A stretch of 62,788 nucleotides of DNA, the filler included. It is 7 parts of 7 records of this genome, joined end to end, with 100 filler letters (N's around TTAATTAATTAA, not from the genome) between each part and the next. Parts side by side here need not be neighbours in the genome. Positions count along the whole stretch, not along the records: positions 44,876 to 62,788 come from SRR31147125_5887; 6 more parts are not named here. One strand, 5' to 3'. This document shows, one piece after another, positions 58,799-62,788 of this stretch (the first letter of the stretch is position 1; every line of letters begins with the position of its first letter). The notes below the pieces were generated by a model. The model made no database searches and was not told where the DNA came from. It was given only the letters and a program-made list of their open reading frames with translations. The translations under genes were made by a program, and so were the position numbers.

Positions 58799-60238
58799 TT
58801 ACAAGTTAAGCCCCATGGAAAACATCACACGCGGGAAGTTGGGTCCATAGGAAAGATAATCCAATTGTCCCGGATCTCCTCCGGCAATGGCTGTTGTAAT
58901 AACATTCTTAACCAGGTCAGCCGGCAGTGCCGCGGCAATATCAACCTGAACAAACAGTGCCTTGAAGCCTGCTCCGATTGACAATTCACCCTTCTCAACA
59001 GCAATAATATCACCATCCAACAGGCTGTCCAGCGATCCGGTCAGATACTGCTTGTATCCGCCCCGTACATCAATTTGCGCAAGTTCGCCAATATGGATGC
59101 CGACCTCTGTTCCAATATTGAAAAATCTTCTGTCATCGTCTCCGATATTTTTCAAATCGGCACTCAACAGAATATTCATAAAGGGTTCTCTTCTTGTCAG
59201 CTTGCGCATGCTCGGGTCAAAAGCAATGCCGACATTGGCTGTTTTTGCTGCTTCAAAAAGCATACTCTCAAAATCACTGGTCAACTCGTTGTTTTCATCC
59301 AGAATAATGCCAAGTATGCTGTCGACATAGCCGCCGAAAGTCAGGCTGCCGAGGGTATACATGGCTCCGAACCCCATCTCCAACCTGTTTTCGAGTGAAC
59401 CGCCGACTGCCAGCGCGTCATCAATCAGAATATCGATAAGGGCATCCTGCATAGATACACCCGGAAGCAATACATTCAAGTAGTTTTCGAAATCGGTATA
59501 TGAATCACTCGGCAGGCCGAATATTGTGGTCACCTGTTTGTAATATTTTACATTGGCACCAATAGAAAGTGGACCAAATCCAAATCCCATACCGGCTATC
59601 AGGCCGCTTCGTTTTGTAATCTCGAACCCATACTCCAAAGCTCCCGGAATAGCGATACCCCGTACGATATCGAGTTCTACGGGATTAATTGATACATCCC
59701 CCAGTAATCCGATGCCGAAGTTGCGGCTTGCAAAAGAAACATTCGGCAACATTCGCAGCTGGTCTATTCCATTACTCAGTACACTGAGAGGGGGGATAGT
59801 GCTTTCATACCAGTTGATAAAATCATCCACTCCCTCGGGGGTGTTTTCGAAGCCTAACCCACTAATATCATACACTGTATTACTGCCGGGCCAGGTCGGA
59901 CCCTGTAATTGGTAATCATATTGCAGGTCCCATACATCAAAGTTGGCAGGTGCATCGGGGTATTTGTATATCCATTCATCCACATTTACCATGTTGGCAT
60001 TTGTGTCGATGAGAAAAGATCCTCCGATATTCAAGTCCCCATTAGGCAGGAACGCCAGGCCAGCAGGGTTATAATAGAGGGCGTCGGCATCATCGGCAAC
60101 AGCCGTAAAAGCCTCACCCATTGCCATAACTCTTGCATTCGTCGCGCGAGTCTCCGGCAAAGCTACCGGAACATCAATAGCATATAGTAATGTGCTGAAA
60201 ACCAGCAGCATTACTAGCAGCAGTGTTATTTTTTTCAT
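58799..60238 (-). CDS. Outer-membrane beta-barrel protein (FadL/PorV/TraF-like N-terminus)
   Basis: Signal peptide; ARVMAMGEAFTAVADDADALYYNPAGLA; alternating beta-strand pattern to the C-terminus. Confidence 0.75.
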   Translation of the reverse strand: MKKITLLLVMLLVFSTLLYAIDVPVALPETRATNARVMAMGEAFTAVADDADALYYNPAGLAFLPNGDLNIGGSFLIDTNANMVNVDEWIYKYPDAPANFDVWDLQYDYQLQGPTWPGSNTVYDISGLGFENTPEGVDDFINWYESTIPPLSVLSNGIDQLRMLPNVSFASRNFGIGLLGDVSINPVELDIVRGIAIPGALEYGFEITKRSGLIAGMGFGFGPLSIGANVKYYKQVTTIFGLPSDSYTDFENYLNVLLPGVSMQDALIDILIDDALAVGGSLENRLEMGFGAMYTLGSLTFGGYVDSILGIILDENNELTSDFESMLFEAAKTANVGIAFDPSMRKLTRREPFMNILLSADLKNIGDDDRRFFNIGTEVGIHIGELAQIDVRGGYKQYLTGSLDSLLDGDIIAVEKGELSIGAGFKALFVQVDIAAALPADLVKNVITTAIAGGDPGQLDYLSYGPNFPRVMFSMGLNL

Positions 60239-60519
60239 ACTTTCTCTCCCAATTTCACTGTTTCCTAGTGTTTAATCAACGCAGCAGCTATAAGGTTTCA
60301 TAATTGTACTTCACAAATACAAATAAATTAAGAGATAGCGATAGAAGTTTATCAATTCACCCTCAAACGAAAGTGATAATGTCGCAGTGATAGAAAATTA
60401 TAAATTCACTGTTTCACACAGCTTGAAAATCGGAAGACTACACGCTGTTTACAGCTTTGCATTCCAGCCTAAATTGTATATAGTTGGGATGTTATCAATC
60501 ATTTATTAAGGGGTTTATT

Positions 60520-62511
60520 ATGGACAGAAAACAACTGGCCAACGCGGTACGTATATTGAGTATGGACGGCGTACAGAAAGCAAATTCAGGACACCCGGGT
60601 GCGCCGATGGGGATGGCGGATATAGCCGAGGTACTCTGGAGAAACAACTTGAAACATAATCCGGCAAATCCGGACTGGGCAGACAGAGATCGCTTCATTC
60701 TATCGAACGGACATGCATCGATGCTGATCTACTCACTGCTGCATCTTACTGGTTATGATTTGCCGCTTGATGAGCTGAAACAGTTCAGACAGCTGCACGC
60801 GAAAACAGCCGGGCATCCCGAATACGGTATGATTCCGGGTATCGAGACTACTACCGGGCCGCTTGGACAGGGTATCGCGAATGCTGTTGGACTTGCTCTG
60901 GCGGAAAAAATTCTCGCCGCTCAGTTCAATAAAGACGGATTCAATATTGTTGATCATAATACATATGCTTTTACCGGCGACGGCTGTTTGATGGAAGGAA
61001 TTTCCCACGAAGTCTGTTCCCTGGCAGGTACATTCGGTCTTGGAAAGCTTATCATTTTTTACGATAACAACGGAATATCGATTGATGGTGAGGTTGAAGG
61101 CTGGTTTACCGACGATACTGAAGCCCGCTTCGAGGCATATGGATGGCAGGTTATTGCAGACGTTGATGGCCATGACTCGAATGCGATCCAGAAAGCATTG
61201 GACACAGCTAAATCCGAATCCGGTAAGCCGACACTGATCAGCTGTAAGACTAAAATAGGATTTGGTTCTCCCAATAAAGAGGGTAAAGAGGAGTGTCACG
61301 GTGCACCGCTTGGTGCCGATGAGATCACACTCACCCGTAAAGCATTGGGATGGGAATATGAGGAATCATTCTATGTTCCTGACGAGATGTATGCTGCATG
61401 GGACTGCAAAGAGGCTGGAACGAAATCAGAAGCTGCCTGGAACGATCTGTTTGATGAATACAAGAAAGTCTATCCGGAAGAAGCCGCTGCTTTTACGGCT
61501 CGAATAGGCGGAGAACTGCCTGCGGATTGGGAAGAAAGCCTGAACGCTTATATCGCATCACTGCAGGAAAAGGGTGAGAAAGTAGCTTCCCGAAAAGCTT
61601 CACAAAACGCTCTTCAGGAATTGGGCCCAATGCTGCCTTCACTTATCGGCGGATCAGCCGACCTGGCGCCCTCAAACCTGACCATGTGGAAAGGCTCAAA
61701 AGCAGTCACTGCTGCTGATGCCGATGGTAACTATATTCACTTTGGAGTGCGTGAATTCGGCATGACCGCGATCATGAACGGACTTACCCTGCACGGCGGA
61801 TTTATCCCCTACGGCGGAACATTCCTCGTTTTCATGGAGTATGCCAGAAACGCGGTACGTATGGCTTCTCTCATGGGGCTGCAGTCCGTATATGTCTATA
61901 CACACGATTCTATCGGCCTTGGAGAGGACGGACCTACACATCAGCCGATCGAACAGATCGCCTCGTTACGGACAACTCCCGGCATGACCACCTGGAGACC
62001 GGCGGACGCTGTTGAGACCGCCGCGGCCTGGAAAGCGGCTATCGCAAAACAGGATGGACCAACCAGCCTTATACTGAGCCGCCAGGGTCTTGCCGTAATG
62101 CCGCGAACCGCTGAACAGGTTGCCGCTATAGACAAAGGCGCGTATGTGCTTTGGGAAAATTCACCCAAACCAGAATATATAATTATTGCAACAGGTTCAG
62201 AAGTGGAATTGGCAATAAAAGCTGCCAGTAAAGCAGCTGACGAAGGCATGGCAGTACGTGTAGTATCCATGCCTTCTCCCGAGCAGTTTGAGGCACAGAG
62301 TCCTGAATACCGTGAATCAGTTCTTCCTTCATCAGTAGCCAAACGGCTTGCTGTAGAAGCGGCACATGCCGACTACTGGTACAAGTATACAGGTTTAAAC
62401 GGTGCCATTATCGGAATGACTACATTCGGAGAATCTGCCCCTGCGTCCGAACTATTCCCGCTGTTTGGTTTTACCGAAGAGAACATTCTCGAGAAGCTGA
62501 AATCGCTCTAG
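60520..62511 (+). CDS. tkt: Transketolase
   Basis: [64 protein letters not shown]. Confidence 0.97.
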   Translation: MDRKQLANAVRILSMDGVQKANSGHPGAPMGMADIAEVLWRNNLKHNPANPDWADRDRFILSNGHASMLIYSLLHLTGYDLPLDELKQFRQLHAKTAGHPEYGMIPGIETTTGPLGQGIANAVGLALAEKILAAQFNKDGFNIVDHNTYAFTGDGCLMEGISHEVCSLAGTFGLGKLIIFYDNNGISIDGEVEGWFTDDTEARFEAYGWQVIADVDGHDSNAIQKALDTAKSESGKPTLISCKTKIGFGSPNKEGKEECHGAPLGADEITLTRKALGWEYEESFYVPDEMYAAWDCKEAGTKSEAAWNDLFDEYKKVYPEEAAAFTARIGGELPADWEESLNAYIASLQEKGEKVASRKASQNALQELGPMLPSLIGGSADLAPSNLTMWKGSKAVTAADADGNYIHFGVREFGMTAIMNGLTLHGGFIPYGGTFLVFMEYARNAVRMASLMGLQSVYVYTHDSIGLGEDGPTHQPIEQIASLRTTPGMTTWRPADAVETAAAWKAAIAKQDGPTSLILSRQGLAVMPRTAEQVAAIDKGAYVLWENSPKPEYIIIATGSEVELAIKAASKAADEGMAVRVVSMPSPEQFEAQSPEYRESVLPSSVAKRLAVEAAHADYWYKYTGLNGAIIGMTTFGESAPASELFPLFGFTEENILEKLKSL

Positions 62512-62565
62512 TTTTCAGTTCCTCAGAATTGGGAAAAAGACAAATATATTAAGAAAACTTAATCT

Positions 62566-62597
62566 AAGGGGTTCCAAAAATAAATGGAACCCCTTTA
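62566..62597 (+). terminator. Intrinsic terminator after tkt
   Basis: aaggggttcca / tggaacccctt stem. Confidence 0.7.
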
Positions 62598-62661
62598 TAA
62601 TTGGCCACAGTTTAATACTGATTGCATTGTTAACATAAAGCAAAACAGGAGGTCAGACATT

Positions 62662-62788
62662 ATGAAAAGGAGTCTGAGAGTAAAACGAACACGAACTGCC
62701 GTTCAAATATTCTTCTTTTTACTCATTTTATTAATTTCTATCGGACATTTTCTTGAAGAACAGGGTATCGTTCTTCCCTTAGTAGGAG
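62662..62788 (+). CDS. Membrane protein N-terminus (possibly NapH/NirI-type 4Fe-4S protein), cut by window edge
   Basis: AGGAGG RBS; MKRSLRVKRTRTAVQIFFFLLILLISIGH. Confidence 0.5.
   Translation, partial: MKRSLRVKRTRTAVQIFFFLLILLISIGHFLEEQGIVLPLVG

Noticed and set aside
1-62788. rRNA, tRNA, CRISPR arrays, integrases, phage structural genes
   Set aside because: None recognised by eye; a tRNAscan/Infernal/CRISPR scan would be needed to exclude short or degenerate cases.

Overview
This window is not one locus. It is seven unrelated contigs joined by artificial 100-nt spacers (N-runs around TTAATTAATTAA), so gene neighbourhoods are only meaningful within a contig. Taxonomic hints are impressions from composition and protein style. 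(1) 1-5364, very AT-rich: class Ia ribonucleotide reductase nrdAB, whose ~230-nt leader carries two tandem covarying hairpins, and a divergent XRE-HTH/TPR regulator. (2) 5465-11035, AT-rich: an Rpn-family PD-(D/E)XK nuclease with a strong internal start; then MarR, an AhpD/CMD protein, a lipoyl-domain-fused dihydrolipoamide dehydrogenase and a lipoate ligase with no E1/E2 genes; then a group II intron 3' remnant. The contig has identical 17-bp ends. (3) 11136-18192, GC-rich: a hybrid histidine kinase and a giant frameshifted kinase-AAA-GAF-PAS-GAF-HK sensor. (4) 18293-33858, spirochaete-like: mixed housekeeping genes plus a sugar-acid cluster (SBP, RpiB, enolase-family enzyme, IclR, AOR+MoaD, KDPG aldolase). 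(5) 33959-39046, Bacteroidota-like: hydG, hydE, and a SulP transporter with a long structured leader. (6) 39147-44775, clostridia-like: two-component system, HxxxDG acyltransferase, aquaporin and an IS3-family end. (7) 44876-62788: a 12-gene Mrp-linked MBX/MBS-like respiratory complex with atypical cysteine patterns, a fused double antiporter subunit and a NuoI-GltD-like fusion, followed by ArsR, an Fe-S aldo/keto reductase, a beta-barrel protein and transketolase. The best candidates for something new are the two tandem RNA-like leaders (nrdA, sulP), the stand-alone lipoyl-relay redox operon and the variant MBS-like complex. Five single-base deletions in short runs are probably sequencing errors. 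No rRNA, tRNA or CRISPR array was seen.
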